Shown here one piece after another: positions 1 through 10,068 of a DNA stretch of 64,000 bases. Numbering within the stretch: the first letter of the stretch is position 1; each line of letters opens with the position of its first letter. The translations under genes and the position numbers were made by a program. The notes beneath the pieces are model-generated. The model was given only the letters and a program-made list of their open reading frames with translations. It was not told the DNA's origin and made no database searches. Source of the stretch: a virus (Duplodnaviria; Caudoviricetes); IMG/VR virus record IMGVR_UViG_2799112265_000002, positions 32,001 to 96,000 of that record; one strand, given 5' to 3'.

Positions 1-2
1 TC

Positions 3-215
3 AGTTTCGCCAACGTCGACTTCGGCATGCGGCTGACCCTCTCGGACTTCTACAAGACCATCCTGGCCGTGGACGGTGTCCGCTACGTCGACATCCCCAT
101 GGTCGCCCGCGCGGATGCGGCCCAGACCGGTACCGCCGACATCGTCATGCGGGCCTGGGAGATCCCCAAGGTCGGCAACATCTCGTCCATCACGATGACC
201 GGAGGTATCGGCTAA
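3..215 (+). CDS. Baseplate J-like protein, C-terminal fragment (partial)
   Basis: Frame is open from the window edge (SFANVDFGMRLTLSDFYKTILAVDGVRYVDI), resembling baseplate J C-termini; followed by a tail-I-like gene. Confidence 0.65.
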   Translation, partial: SFANVDFGMRLTLSDFYKTILAVDGVRYVDIPMVARADAAQTGTADIVMRAWEIPKVGNISSITMTGGIG

Positions 216-865
216 TGGCCGCCGTCTACCCGAAGCAGTACAAGTCCTTCCCCGTCCACAAGAACAACACCGAGGACATCGACGCCAGCCACGTGAACAA
301 CCTCCAGGACGAGGTGCTGGCCATTCAGCAGACCCTGGGACTCCTCCCGCACCAGGACCAGGGCCTCAAGGGCAAGATGAAGCAGTACACCTGGAACTCC
401 GTCGCCGACCGGCTCGACGCCATCCAACGGGGCCAGGGCACCCCTGCCGTCTTCCTCCAGAAGTCAGCCGACTCCGTCCCCCGCCCGGCCACCGGCACCA
501 AGAGCAAGACCCTCTCCTTCCCGCGGCCGTCGTACGACCCCGAGGGCTTGTGGAACGGCTCCACCATCACCGCCAACCGCACCGGCTGGTGGATCATCAC
601 CGCCCGCGCCAAGTGGCTGAACTGGACCCCGTACACCAAGTCCCCGTACACCGACCGCGAGATCGACATCTGGGTGGGCGGCCAGCAGGTCGCTACGAAC
701 GACAACCTTCCCAGCCCCGACGGCAACACCCACCAGATGGTCACCTACCAGAACTGGGTCACCGCGGGCCAGAAGATCGAGATGCACCTGTACCACGACG
801 TGGTCGGCAAGACCCTCGCCGTGGGCGACCTGCACCTGGCGGCGTGCATGATCCGGGAGCACTAA
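215..865 (+). CDS. Minor tail / tail fibre-associated protein
   Basis: TAATG coupling; N-terminal DASHVNNLQDEVLAIQ motif typical of phage tail fibre N-termini; beta-rich C-terminus. Confidence 0.6.
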   Translation: MAAVYPKQYKSFPVHKNNTEDIDASHVNNLQDEVLAIQQTLGLLPHQDQGLKGKMKQYTWNSVADRLDAIQRGQGTPAVFLQKSADSVPRPATGTKSKTLSFPRPSYDPEGLWNGSTITANRTGWWIITARAKWLNWTPYTKSPYTDREIDIWVGGQQVATNDNLPSPDGNTHQMVTYQNWVTAGQKIEMHLYHDVVGKTLAVGDLHLAACMIREH

Positions 866-2848
866 GTGGGAACCTACGGACAGTCCATATACGGGCTGTC
901 GCAGTACGGGACGGACATCCATCCCGACTTCGACGTCAGCCCGTTCACAGCCACGCCCGTGGACTACAGCACCGTCTCGCTGGACTGGAAGGCCCCAGCC
1001 GGTTCCTGGGACTCCCTGCGCCTGATCCGCAACCGCTACGGGTGGGCCGTCAACGAGAACGACGGCGAGGTCCTGCTCGATCAGTCGCACCAGGCAACCT
1101 CGTTCGTCGACACCAGCGTGGTCGGCGGGCACTGGCTGTACTACACGATCTTCATCTCCGCCTCCGGCCAGTGGTCCCGCGCGGGCACCGTCTCCTGCCT
1201 GATGCCGAAGAACAACGGCTACACCGACCTGCTGTACAGCTTGATCCCCGAGCACTACAAGGTCGACGTCAAGCAGGGCAACAACCTCACCGACGACTCC
1301 AACACGCTAAACCCCTACCTCAAGCCGTTCCTGAGCATCTTCGGGTTCGGCTTCGACATCGTGCAGTCGTACTACGACAGCAACCGCTACACCAACGACG
1401 CGATGCGGACCCGCTTCGACAACATCGCCCAGTTGGCCACGCAGTTCGGCATCCAGTACGAAGCCTCGGCGCCGGCCTACCTCTTCAGGCAGCGAGTGCG
1501 GGACGCAGCCACCCTCGGCCGGCAGAAGGGGACCCTGGAGCAGATCCGCTCGGTCATCTCCGAAACCACTGGATACGACGCAGACCTCCGGGCCGGCGTC
1601 AACCTCATGCTCTCCGACGACCAAGCCGACTTCGACCACCCCACCTTCCCGCAGTGGGACTCCGGCGTGAACTACGCCTCGGGGGAGAAGGTGGAGTTCG
1701 GCGCCTACCTGTACCAGGCTGGCAGTAACGGCGCCTACGGCCAGTCCCAGGCACCCACCGGCACCAACACCTCCAACGCCTACTGGACGGTCGTCTCCTA
1801 CGGCACCGACAGCACCCTCGTGGACGCCAACGGGCACGTGGCCGGGTGGGAGGAGATCTCCTTCACCGCGGGCGTCACCCCAGGCACCAACGGTGTCCTC
1901 GTCGGCATCGGTGTGCAGAACCCGACCAACCCCGACGACAAGGCGGGCAACGCCTTGTGGGTCCGCAACACGAACAGCGGCGGCTCGGTCGCCACGATAG
2001 GTGTGCGCTCCGTCGGCCGGGTCTCGGGGCAGTCCTCCATGGATCCGCAGCAGCCAGTCCTTTCCGGCATCCCCGTCCCGTACACCTGGAAGGCCTGGGA
2101 CCCGGACATCGACTACCAGCCTGGCGACATGGTCCTCTACCACGGCCGCGTCTACCAGGCCCTGACCGCCTCGGTTAACGTCTCCCCGCCGGCCACCCCG
2201 ACCGCGAACACCCAGTGGACCCCGCTCGGCTACGACGACCGCGTGCAGATGTGCCTGTCCGGATACGCGCAGGCGTACTCCGGCGAGCAGGTGAATGTGT
2301 ACCCGTTCGTCGAGTACTACGACTCCCACGGCTCCCTGATCACCGCGCTCTACTCGGACTCCGTCCCCGCCTACCAGGTCCTCGACTCCTTCTCCCAGGG
2401 CTGGAACGACTGGACCACCCGCACCACCGACCTGGGCTCCGCGACCTGGACCGAGACCCTGGGCCAGTGGACCTCCGGCGGCTACTCGGGAGGATCGGCC
2501 TACCCGGTGGGCACCACGGCGTCCATTGCCACCATCGCCGGCCACGCGGACGGCACGGTGTCGGCAACGTTCCTGACCAACCCCGGCAACACCCTCAAGC
2601 AGGGCGTCGTCTTCCGCCTCCAGGACGCCAGCAACTACTGGCGGGCCGGGCGGACGGGCCTGTACCTCGTCCAGTCCGGCTCTGTGGCCAACACCTACAC
2701 CTACTCGACCTCCTTCTCGGACGGTGACCGGATCACGGCCGCCTTCTCCGGCAGCAACATCACGATCTATCGGAACGGAACCCAGGTGCTCACCATCACC
2801 AACTCGGCGCTCAGCACCGCCACGCGTGTCGGAATGGCGGTGACGTGA
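866..2848 (+). CDS. Phage tail protein I-like baseplate wedge protein with two CBM5/12-like modules
   Basis: FRQRVRDAATLGRQKGT tail-I motif; WDSGVNYASGEKVEFGAYLYQA and WDPDIDYQPGDMVLYHGRVYQA carbohydrate-binding repeats. Confidence 0.75.
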   Translation: MGTYGQSIYGLSQYGTDIHPDFDVSPFTATPVDYSTVSLDWKAPAGSWDSLRLIRNRYGWAVNENDGEVLLDQSHQATSFVDTSVVGGHWLYYTIFISASGQWSRAGTVSCLMPKNNGYTDLLYSLIPEHYKVDVKQGNNLTDDSNTLNPYLKPFLSIFGFGFDIVQSYYDSNRYTNDAMRTRFDNIAQLATQFGIQYEASAPAYLFRQRVRDAATLGRQKGTLEQIRSVISETTGYDADLRAGVNLMLSDDQADFDHPTFPQWDSGVNYASGEKVEFGAYLYQAGSNGAYGQSQAPTGTNTSNAYWTVVSYGTDSTLVDANGHVAGWEEISFTAGVTPGTNGVLVGIGVQNPTNPDDKAGNALWVRNTNSGGSVATIGVRSVGRVSGQSSMDPQQPVLSGIPVPYTWKAWDPDIDYQPGDMVLYHGRVYQALTASVNVSPPATPTANTQWTPLGYDDRVQMCLSGYAQAYSGEQVNVYPFVEYYDSHGSLITALYSDSVPAYQVLDSFSQGWNDWTTRTTDLGSATWTETLGQWTSGGYSGGSAYPVGTTASIATIAGHADGTVSATFLTNPGNTLKQGVVFRLQDASNYWRAGRTGLYLVQSGSVANTYTYSTSFSDGDRITAAFSGSNITIYRNGTQVLTITNSALSTATRVGMAVT

Positions 2849-4074
2849 TGACCACGTACGACATCACCTTCAGCGCCGACGACGACTGGACTCCGGGGAT
2901 CCCCGTCTCCGGCGCCATCGTCGTGCGCAGCTACCGGGTGTCCTCACCCGAGCTGGACGGCACGCTGGCGATCGGCGGATCCATCGGTATCAAGATCCCC
3001 CGGCCGCAGCCGCTGGCACCCGAGGCCGGGCAGTTCACCGTCGGCGGTCACCTCGCGGTCGCAATCAAGGTGCCGGCCGCGGCGTTCAAGGACTTCTCCC
3101 ACTACCCGTACCAGGGTGTGGACCCGGCCATGGCGTGGTTCGGTATCAACTCCGGTTCGCTGAAGTCGGCCGTCGCGGGCTCCTACAGCCGCCCCTACGC
3201 CGCGTTCACCGGCCCGGTGGACTATCCCGTCTCCGGCAGCGGCTACGCCTGGAAGCGGGCCGCGTACGCCTCCGTGGGGTTCAAGTTCGCGTCCATGTCG
3301 GCGAACAAACACCAGATCCTCGACGCGGTGCAGTTCGAGCCGCTGCCGCTGGGATCTACCGGCCCGAGCAACTACCAGAACGCCCGTGAGATCCAGGTCA
3401 TCATCAAGCCGACCCGGTTGAATTACGCGACCAACCCCAACATGGAATCCGGCATCAGCGGCTACGGCTCGACCGGCCAGGCCACGCTCGCAGCGGACGC
3501 CTACCACTGGCAAGGCACCCAGTCCCTGAAGGTCACCGTGCCGTCCACGGCGACCGCGGACAGCGGTATCTCCGTCCAGGCGACCGGCCTGATCCCGGGA
3601 CGTACCTACACCATGAGCGCCAAGGTGGCCATCGCTCAGGGCTGCGGAGACATCGCCCCGTGGTCCGGCACCGGCTCGACGCAGTTGGGCGCAGCGAAGT
3701 GGACGCAGGCCGCCAGCCGCGTGGATCCCAAGAACAAGCGCTGGCGGACCCTGTATGTCACCTTCACCGCCTCCTCCTCGTCGCTGAATGTGGGCATGAA
3801 CGTCCTCAAGAGCACCATGGCCGCGGGCCTGTCGAGCATCTTCTGGGTCGACGGGGTTTTGATCGAGGAAGGCGCCTCCGTCCGTGACTACTTCGACGGC
3901 TCCATGGGCGAGGACTACCTGTGGGAGCAGGGCGGATCCCCGAACCTCGCGCGCTCGTACTACTACGAGAACTACATCGAGCGCAGTTACCTGATCCAAA
4001 CGCTGCTCGAAGAGAATGTTCCTTTGGGAATCACGGCGAATGCCCCTCAGTACGCCGTTCTGCCGACCCAGTAA
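2845..4074 (+). CDS. Minor tail protein with carbohydrate-binding (CBM4/9-like) domain
   Basis: NYATNPNME...GLIPGRTYTMSA...WVDGVLIEEG...YFDGS pattern common in actinophage tail proteins. Confidence 0.7.
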   Translation: MMTTYDITFSADDDWTPGIPVSGAIVVRSYRVSSPELDGTLAIGGSIGIKIPRPQPLAPEAGQFTVGGHLAVAIKVPAAAFKDFSHYPYQGVDPAMAWFGINSGSLKSAVAGSYSRPYAAFTGPVDYPVSGSGYAWKRAAYASVGFKFASMSANKHQILDAVQFEPLPLGSTGPSNYQNAREIQVIIKPTRLNYATNPNMESGISGYGSTGQATLAADAYHWQGTQSLKVTVPSTATADSGISVQATGLIPGRTYTMSAKVAIAQGCGDIAPWSGTGSTQLGAAKWTQAASRVDPKNKRWRTLYVTFTASSSSLNVGMNVLKSTMAAGLSSIFWVDGVLIEEGASVRDYFDGSMGEDYLWEQGGSPNLARSYYYENYIERSYLIQTLLEENVPLGITANAPQYAVLPTQ

Positions 4075-4095
4075 CCACGACCGTTAAGGATCCCC

Positions 4096-4707
4096 ATGTT
4101 CACCAACTACGCCGACGCAGCCGCGCTCGTCGTCGGCCTGGTGCTGCCCGCCATCGTCGCAGTGGTCACCAAGCCGTCCACCAATTCCACCGTCAAGGGT
4201 GCCGCGCACGCCGTCCTGGCCGTCGCTACCGGCACCGCGGCCGTCTACAAGGAGCACCCCTCCGGCTTCGTGTGGGCGCCCGCTGTGGTCGCCGCGTTCC
4301 TGGCCTGGCTGTCCGGTACGGCCTTCTACCACTCCCTGCTGAAGAAGTACGCGTGGTTCGGCGCGCTCCAGAACCTGTTCGTGGCCGAGGCCAAGATCGT
4401 CCTTAATACCGAGAGCCACCAGGTGGAGCAGTACTTCCAGGTGGCGCAGGTGGCCGAGCAGTCCGAGGACGAGCAGGGCATCACCAACGACTTCCCCTTG
4501 AGCACCGACGTCGTCTCCTCCGGCGTGCAGGAGGTCGTCGAGGCGGCCGAGAAGATCCCGGTCGTCGGCACGGTCGTCCAGTCCCTGGAGCCTGTCGTCG
4601 TTCCGGCCGTCGTCTCCGTTGCGCAGACCGCGGTGGACCCGGCCGGCACCAACAACATCCCCGTCGTGCAGCCGCAGACCAGCGGCCTGGGCCCGAGGGC
4701 GATCTGA
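4096..4707 (+). CDS. Holin-like membrane protein
   Basis: About three N-terminal hydrophobic segments, acidic tail, AAGGA RBS. Confidence 0.55.
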   Translation: MFTNYADAAALVVGLVLPAIVAVVTKPSTNSTVKGAAHAVLAVATGTAAVYKEHPSGFVWAPAVVAAFLAWLSGTAFYHSLLKKYAWFGALQNLFVAEAKIVLNTESHQVEQYFQVAQVAEQSEDEQGITNDFPLSTDVVSSGVQEVVEAAEKIPVVGTVVQSLEPVVVPAVVSVAQTAVDPAGTNNIPVVQPQTSGLGPRAI

Positions 4708-4709
4708 TC

Positions 4710-4997
4710 ATGGACTGGTTCCGGCTGCTGCTGATCGCGCTCGCCACCTTCACCGCGTGGGAGTGGCTGCGCGAGCTGCTGCCCTTCGCGATCCCGGCCG
4801 CCCTCCAGCCGCTCGTCGTGGTCGGCCTGGCCTACGAGGCCCAGCGGGTGCCCGGCCCATGGCTGGCGGCCACAGCAGCGGCCGGAGTGGTCGCGCTGCT
4901 GCACGTCCAGGTCCGCGGGGGAGGGGTGGATACGACCCCGATCCGCTTCCCTCGCCGGCACCCCTCTACCGGCCGCAGGGTCCCTGACCTGCCCTAA
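4710..4997 (+). CDS. Small membrane protein
   Basis: Hydrophobic helices; follows the holin-like gene. Confidence 0.65.
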   Translation: MDWFRLLLIALATFTAWEWLRELLPFAIPAALQPLVVVGLAYEAQRVPGPWLAATAAAGVVALLHVQVRGGGVDTTPIRFPRRHPSTGRRVPDLP

Positions 4998-5012
4998 CGT
5001 GTAAACCACTTT

Positions 5013-5041
5013 GAAGACCCCGCTTTACAAGCGGGGTTTTC
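5013..5041 (+). terminator. Intrinsic terminator
   Basis: AAGACCCCGC-tttacaa-GCGGGGTTTT hairpin after the structural block. Confidence 0.75.
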
Positions 5042-5070
5042 TTGCATTTAGAAGACGTAACCGCTAACGT
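5042..5070 (+). promoter_or_regulatory. Sigma70/HrdB-type promoter
   Basis: TTGCAT-17nt-TAACGT upstream of 5122. Confidence 0.55.
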
Positions 5071-5121
5071 CTTCTTCGTCGCCGATCACGGCGGCCACCA
5101 CACCAACACCGGGAGCAGAAC

Positions 5122-6333
5122 TTGAGTAAGCAGCCCATCACCCTGGCCTTCGCTGGCGCCGCTGACGTCGACCCCGAGAACATCAAGGACCTGCTCAACG
5201 ACTGGCTCGGCTTCGGCGACGAGGACGAGGCAGGCTTCTTCAAGCCCAGCGACCGCGAGATCCACCTCATCTTCCCGATCACCCGGGACCACCTGTCGGA
5301 CGGCCTGGAGACGGTCCTCGCCTGGACCGAGAAGGCCGACCTGCCCTACATCGCCGTCGCTGACAACAAGCGCAGTCGCGCCACCGAGTCCTTCCTGACG
5401 GACGCCGAGGAGGTCGTCCACCACTCCAACGTCACCGCTGGAGTCGTCGACCTGCTGAAGGAGGCCGACAGTGCGGGCGACGAGGTGCACCTGATCCTGC
5501 TGTGGGGTGACGAGGGCAGCGTCGAGGCCGAACTCCTCCTGGACGCGGCCGAGCAGGCGGGCATCAAGGCCAAGGACCTGACCGCCGGCCTCGACGACAT
5601 CTCCTTCGGTGAGCAGCCGCAGGCCGAGCCGGAGCCCGAGCCGGAGCCCGAGCCGGAGCAGCCCAAGCGTGGCCGGCGCCGCGGCCGTCGCTCCGAGCCC
5701 GAGGAGGTCCAGCCGGAGGAGGAGCCGCTGACGGAGGACGAGCCGGCGGAGCCCGAGGAGGAGCCCAAGCCGCGCCGTCGCGGTCGCAAGGCCGACCCGG
5801 AGCCGGAGCCCGAGGTGAACCCGGTCGAGGAGGACATCCAGGAGCAGCAGGAGACCCTGGAGCAGCAGGTCAACCAGGCTGCCCAGAAGGTCCAGCGCGA
5901 GGCGCAGCCGGTCGCCGACAAGGACCTCGACCTCCTGCTGATCGGCGCCGCTTTGGAGGGTGCCTACAACGCCTTCCGGCTGGAGGACGAGCGCAACGCA
6001 GTCATCAACCAGGCCGCGGTCCGCTACCGGCCGCTGACGGAACTGCTCCAGAAGGCGCTTAATACCGTGGCCGACGCGGCCCACAACCAGGAGGCCGCCA
6101 AGCAGGAGCGTGCGGCCGTCCAGGAGGACAAGCAGGAGGACGAGGAGTCGGAGCAGCCGGCGCGTCGGCGCCGTGGCCGTCCGCGCGACGAGTCCAAGAC
6201 CTTCGCCTTCCTGGTCGACGAGGACGGCAACTACACCCGACGCGGTCGCGGTCGCATACCGGCCGGACAGAAGGTCGTCCACCTGACCCGGGCAGAGATC
6301 GAGGAGAAGGGCCTCGAACTCGACGGGGAGTAA
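5122..6333 (+). CDS. Acidic low-complexity protein with AT-hook-like RGR(P) motifs
   Basis: Strong GC3 codon bias; EP repeats; RRRGRR, RRRGRK, RRRGRPR and RRGRGRIP motifs. Confidence 0.75.
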   Translation: MSKQPITLAFAGAADVDPENIKDLLNDWLGFGDEDEAGFFKPSDREIHLIFPITRDHLSDGLETVLAWTEKADLPYIAVADNKRSRATESFLTDAEEVVHHSNVTAGVVDLLKEADSAGDEVHLILLWGDEGSVEAELLLDAAEQAGIKAKDLTAGLDDISFGEQPQAEPEPEPEPEPEQPKRGRRRGRRSEPEEVQPEEEPLTEDEPAEPEEEPKPRRRGRKADPEPEPEVNPVEEDIQEQQETLEQQVNQAAQKVQREAQPVADKDLDLLLIGAALEGAYNAFRLEDERNAVINQAAVRYRPLTELLQKALNTVADAAHNQEAAKQERAAVQEDKQEDEESEQPARRRRGRPRDESKTFAFLVDEDGNYTRRGRGRIPAGQKVVHLTRAEIEEKGLELDGE

Positions 6334-6342
6334 GTGAGCAAC

Positions 6343-6401
6343 GCAAAAGCCCCCGGCGCTGAAGAGGTTCGAGACCTCAATTCACTGCCGGGGGCTTTTG
6401 C
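6343..6401 (+). terminator. Long stem-loop / terminator
   Basis: GCAAAAGCCCCCGGC...GCCGGGGGCTTTTGC inverted repeat. Confidence 0.65.
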
Positions 6402-6495
6402 CCACCACACCCCGAGGCCCACCACAAACCCCGAGATGGGAAGAACCTAACATGCCCAGCCGACTTAATATCAACGGCGGATTCGGAGCCGCCGA

Positions 6496-7500
6496 GTGAG
6501 CATCCTGATCATGTCCGAGGTGTTCACGCACTCGAACACCCGCCTCGCCACGCGGCTCGTTCTGCTCGCGCTGGCGGACGCGGCCAACGACACCCACCGG
6601 ATGTGCTGGGAGTCCGCCGACACCATCGCGGGCAAGGCCCGTGTGTCCAAGCGGCAGGCGTACGTGTCCCTGGCCGCGCTGGAGAAGGACGGCATCGTCG
6701 AGCACGTACCGGAGGACCAGATCCCACTGGAAGCGCTGCGGTACAAGTCCGTGGTCCGGCGCATCAAGCCGGTATCGGAATGGCCCGAGAGTGCAGATTC
6801 TGCACCCCCTGAAAGTGCAGATTCTGCACCCCCTGTGTCGAAGTTTTCACCCAACCCCAATAACCAACTAGAAGTTAGAGATATAGAAGAAACTTCGTTT
6901 CTTCCACCGCGCCGTTCGGCACGGTCTGATCCCGGCGAAGCCGAGGAGATACCTGCCAGGCCGGGCGGCAAGGGATGGGACGCGGTCCGCGCTCCGCGCC
7001 AGGGCGGCCGGAAGAAGACCAAGAAGCAGGCGGCCATCGAGGCGGCTCAGGCGGAACTGGAACTCGACCCGGCGTACGTCGTGGCCCAGGCCCTCGGCGA
7101 AGAAGATGCAGGAAGCGTCCAGGACGGCCGTCTCCCGGCCTCGGACGACGACCTGGCCCCTCCGGTCCGGCGACCTCGTGAGAAGCGCTCCCTGCGGCCT
7201 TCTGAGGTTCTGGCCTCGTTCTTCGAGAAGCGGGCCTTGGAGGTGGGTCACCCGGTTCCCGGCGCGGTCAACCTCGGAGCCCTCGCCGGGAACTTCGGCC
7301 GGTGGATGAAGGAGGGTGTCCGGTACGAGGAGATCACCAAGATGATCATCACCTATTGGTCCGTCTCCTGGAACCGGTCGGAGAACGTGCCGGCCTGGAA
7401 GGACTTCCTCGCCGCCCGCGGTCTGCTGACCGAGCGGCTGGGCAAGGCCGAGAACGCGATGGAGAAGCACCGGCACGACGAGGACTACTGGTCCATGTGA
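6496..7500 (+). CDS. Phage replication initiator (N-terminal wHTH, lambda O-like organisation)
   Basis: LVLLALADAAND...CWESADTIAGKARVSKRQAYVSLAALEKDG wHTH; internal iterons; upstream of DnaC/DnaB. Confidence 0.8.
   Translation: MSILIMSEVFTHSNTRLATRLVLLALADAANDTHRMCWESADTIAGKARVSKRQAYVSLAALEKDGIVEHVPEDQIPLEALRYKSVVRRIKPVSEWPESADSAPPESADSAPPVSKFSPNPNNQLEVRDIEETSFLPPRRSARSDPGEAEEIPARPGGKGWDAVRAPRQGGRKKTKKQAAIEAAQAELELDPAYVVAQALGEEDAGSVQDGRLPASDDDLAPPVRRPREKRSLRPSEVLASFFEKRALEVGHPVPGAVNLGALAGNFGRWMKEGVRYEEITKMIITYWSVSWNRSENVPAWKDFLAARGLLTERLGKAENAMEKHRHDEDYWSM
6787..6905. repeat. Putative replication origin: two 24-bp iterons plus AT-rich tract
   Basis: GARAGTGCAGATTCTGCACCCCCT at 6787 and 6811, each holding the palindrome GTGCAGA-T-TCTGCAC; AT-rich tract at 6841-6905. 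Confidence 0.7.
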
Positions 7501-7633
7501 CCGACCCGAAGGGGCGGGCTGCTACGGCGGTCCGCCCCTTCCCTGTTTGTAAAACGTTCAGCAAACACGTAATCGGTAAGGCGTAACTGTGGTAGCCTCC
7601 TGAGCGTTGAACCACCACCACAAGGAGGCCACC

Positions 7634-8290
7634 TTGGCGACAGACCCCCGGGTCCACGCCCTGCGGATGTCCGAGTACGGGATCCCGAAGCGGCTCCGCG
7701 GCCTGCGGCTTAATACCAGCGACGCACCCTGGAAGAGCGAGTGCCAGGAGTGGGTCGACAACCTGCGCGATCATTACGTCACCGACAAGCGGCCCCTGGA
7801 CCAGTACCCCGAGGACTGGAGCCAGATCGGCAAGGGCCTGCTGTTCCTGGGCCCTCCCGGCACCGGCAAGACCTCCCTGGCCACCGCCACGCTCCTGGAG
7901 TGCTACTTCGAGCAGCGCGTCCCGGTGTACTTCCTGGCCTACGCCGACTACGTCTCCATGTCGATCGAGCAGATGAGCCTGTCCGACCGCAAGGAGCCCG
8001 AGGCCATCGCCCGGTGGTGGCAGATCGAGGACGCCCTGAACTCCGCCCGCACGGCGCCCGTGCTGCTGCTCGACGACGTCGGCAAGGAGCACCGCACCAA
8101 GTCCGGCTACGCAGAGAACGAGCTGGACGTGCTGCTGCGCCTGCGGCACCGCGAGGGGCGCCCCACGCTCATCACCTCCAACGTCCCGCCGAAGGACTGG
8201 GGCGTGATCTACCACGAGTCCATGGGCTCCTTCATCCAGGAGTCCTTCCACATGATCAAGATGGTTGGGAGCGACCGCCGTGCAGCGTGA
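7634..8290 (+). CDS. dnaC: DnaC/IstB-like helicase loader AAA+ ATPase
   Basis: Walker A GPPGTGKT, Walker B LLLDDVG, PTLITSN; AAGGAGG RBS before TTG at 7634. Confidence 0.85.
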   Translation: MATDPRVHALRMSEYGIPKRLRGLRLNTSDAPWKSECQEWVDNLRDHYVTDKRPLDQYPEDWSQIGKGLLFLGPPGTGKTSLATATLLECYFEQRVPVYFLAYADYVSMSIEQMSLSDRKEPEAIARWWQIEDALNSARTAPVLLLDDVGKEHRTKSGYAENELDVLLRLRHREGRPTLITSNVPPKDWGVIYHESMGSFIQESFHMIKMVGSDRRAA

Positions 8291-8347
8291 ACTGTTGACT
8301 TCCCACAACGGGCTTAATACCCGGCTCCGCGAGGCGGAGCGCACCTG

Positions 8348-8803
8348 ATGGAACGGGGCGACATCTCCAACGAGGTCGTCCCCCGCCTGGTCATCGCGTT
8401 CGAGGGCATGCTCGGCGTCCTGCCGGAGAAGCCGGAGCGCGTGCACGAGCTGGTCGCCCGCAGGTTCGGGCGCCGGCAGCGCATGGCCAAGCGGACTGTG
8501 GACGCGTACGAGATCAACGACGCGCTGGCCCGGGTCATCTGGGACACCGTCTGGCGGTTCCGCTACTCGGTCGACGTCGTCACCTACCTCGGAGACGACG
8601 CTGTCGGGCCCCTGGAGGCCCGTCTGGACGCCGAAGGGCTTCCCATCGGCCGGGTGTGGGCCACGACCCCTGAGCGGCTGGCACGACGCCTGCCCTACAT
8701 GCCGGACGTCGCCGCGATCTTCGACAACGAACACCACCTGATCTACGGCAGCAAGGGCCGTTCCCTGCCCGCTGCCCCCACCACCCTCATAGGAGCGTTG
8801 TAG
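8348..8803 (+). CDS. Hypothetical protein, possible degenerate HAD fold
   Basis: Codon bias; VIAFEGML start resembles HAD motif I without the aspartates. Confidence 0.65.
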   Translation: MERGDISNEVVPRLVIAFEGMLGVLPEKPERVHELVARRFGRRQRMAKRTVDAYEINDALARVIWDTVWRFRYSVDVVTYLGDDAVGPLEARLDAEGLPIGRVWATTPERLARRLPYMPDVAAIFDNEHHLIYGSKGRSLPAAPTTLIGAL

Positions 8804-10068
8804 TGGCGGACTTCGAGCGCCTGCTCGTGTCCCGCGTCATCCAGGACAAGGACCTGGCCGACGTCGCGGACGCGGGCATCACCGCGGACTTCTTCGGCGA
8901 CCCCGACAACAAGGCCGTCTTCAAGGCCATCCTGCGACACAAGGCCACCTACGGCGAGGTCCCCAGCCTCGCCACCATCAAGACCGACTTCCCGACGTAC
9001 AAGTTCGTCAAGGTCGAGGACAGCATGCAGGTGCTGACCGACCGACTGCGCGAGCAGCACACCCTGGACCTGCTGGAGCAGGGCCTGGCCGACTCGGTCG
9101 ACGCACACGAAGAGGGCAACGCCAAGGCGGCCATGGAGGCGCTGGCACACACGCTGGCGTCCATCGCCTCGGCGGTGCCCAACTCCCGGGACACCGACCT
9201 GACGGAGACCGGGCAGGCACGGCTGGCCCGCTACCTCACGCTCAAGGACCTGCCCGACGGCCTGCGAGGTATCCCGACCGGCTTCCAGACCATCGACCGC
9301 GCCACCCAGGGCCTCCAGAAGGAGCAGTTGATCACCTTCGTCGGCCCTCCCAAGGCCGGTAAGTCCACGCTGCTCCTTCTGGCCGCCATGGCCGCGCACC
9401 TGTACGGCGTGAAGGTCCTGTTCATCGGCTTCGAAATGAGTAATGAGGAGCAGGAGGAACGTTTCGACGCCATCCGCGCGGGGATTTCCCACGCCCGGCT
9501 GAGGAACGGAACGCTCAAGAAGGCCGAGTGGGACAGGCTTGAAAGGGCCCTGCGGGAATTGGAGGCGATGCCCTCGTTCTTCCTGTCGTCGGACTCCATG
9601 AATGCGACGACGCTGACTGGTGTCGAGGCGAAGATTGACTCGCTGCGGCCCGAGGTCGTCATTATCGACGGCATCTACATGATGCAGGACGAACTCGGAG
9701 AGGCTCAGGGATCTCCGCAGGCGCTCACGAATCTCACCCGTGGGTTCAAGCGCATGGCGAAGAACCGGCAGTTGCCCATTCTCATCTCCACGCAGGTCCT
9801 CGAATGGAAGATGAACAAGAAGAAGGGGATCACCTCCGACTCTATCGGTTATTCGTCTTCCTTCGCCCAGGACTCCGACGTGATTCTCGGTGTCGAGTCC
9901 ACGGAGGACGCGAACATCAACAAGATCAAGGTGGTCCTGGCCCGTAACTGCCCGCCGCTGGAGACCTACTGCCAGTGGGACTGGGAGACCGGCAAGTTCG
10001 AGGAACTGAACGAGGACCCGTTCGCCATGGACGAGGTGAACACCGATGGATACGTCGGCGCCTTCTGA
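8803..10068 (+). CDS. dnaB: DnaB-like replicative helicase
   Basis: GIPTGF, GPPKAGKS, FEMS, IIDGIYMM, QDSDVIL motifs. Confidence 0.92.
   Translation: MADFERLLVSRVIQDKDLADVADAGITADFFGDPDNKAVFKAILRHKATYGEVPSLATIKTDFPTYKFVKVEDSMQVLTDRLREQHTLDLLEQGLADSVDAHEEGNAKAAMEALAHTLASIASAVPNSRDTDLTETGQARLARYLTLKDLPDGLRGIPTGFQTIDRATQGLQKEQLITFVGPPKAGKSTLLLLAAMAAHLYGVKVLFIGFEMSNEEQEERFDAIRAGISHARLRNGTLKKAEWDRLERALRELEAMPSFFLSSDSMNATTLTGVEAKIDSLRPEVVIIDGIYMMQDELGEAQGSPQALTNLTRGFKRMAKNRQLPILISTQVLEWKMNKKKGITSDSIGYSSSFAQDSDVILGVESTEDANINKIKVVLARNCPPLETYCQWDWETGKFEELNEDPFAMDEVNTDGYVGAF

Noticed and set aside
8295-8320. TTGACT...TAATAC as a sigma70 promoter
   Set aside because: The spacer is only 14 nt, and I did not see -35 boxes at a fixed distance from other motif copies.
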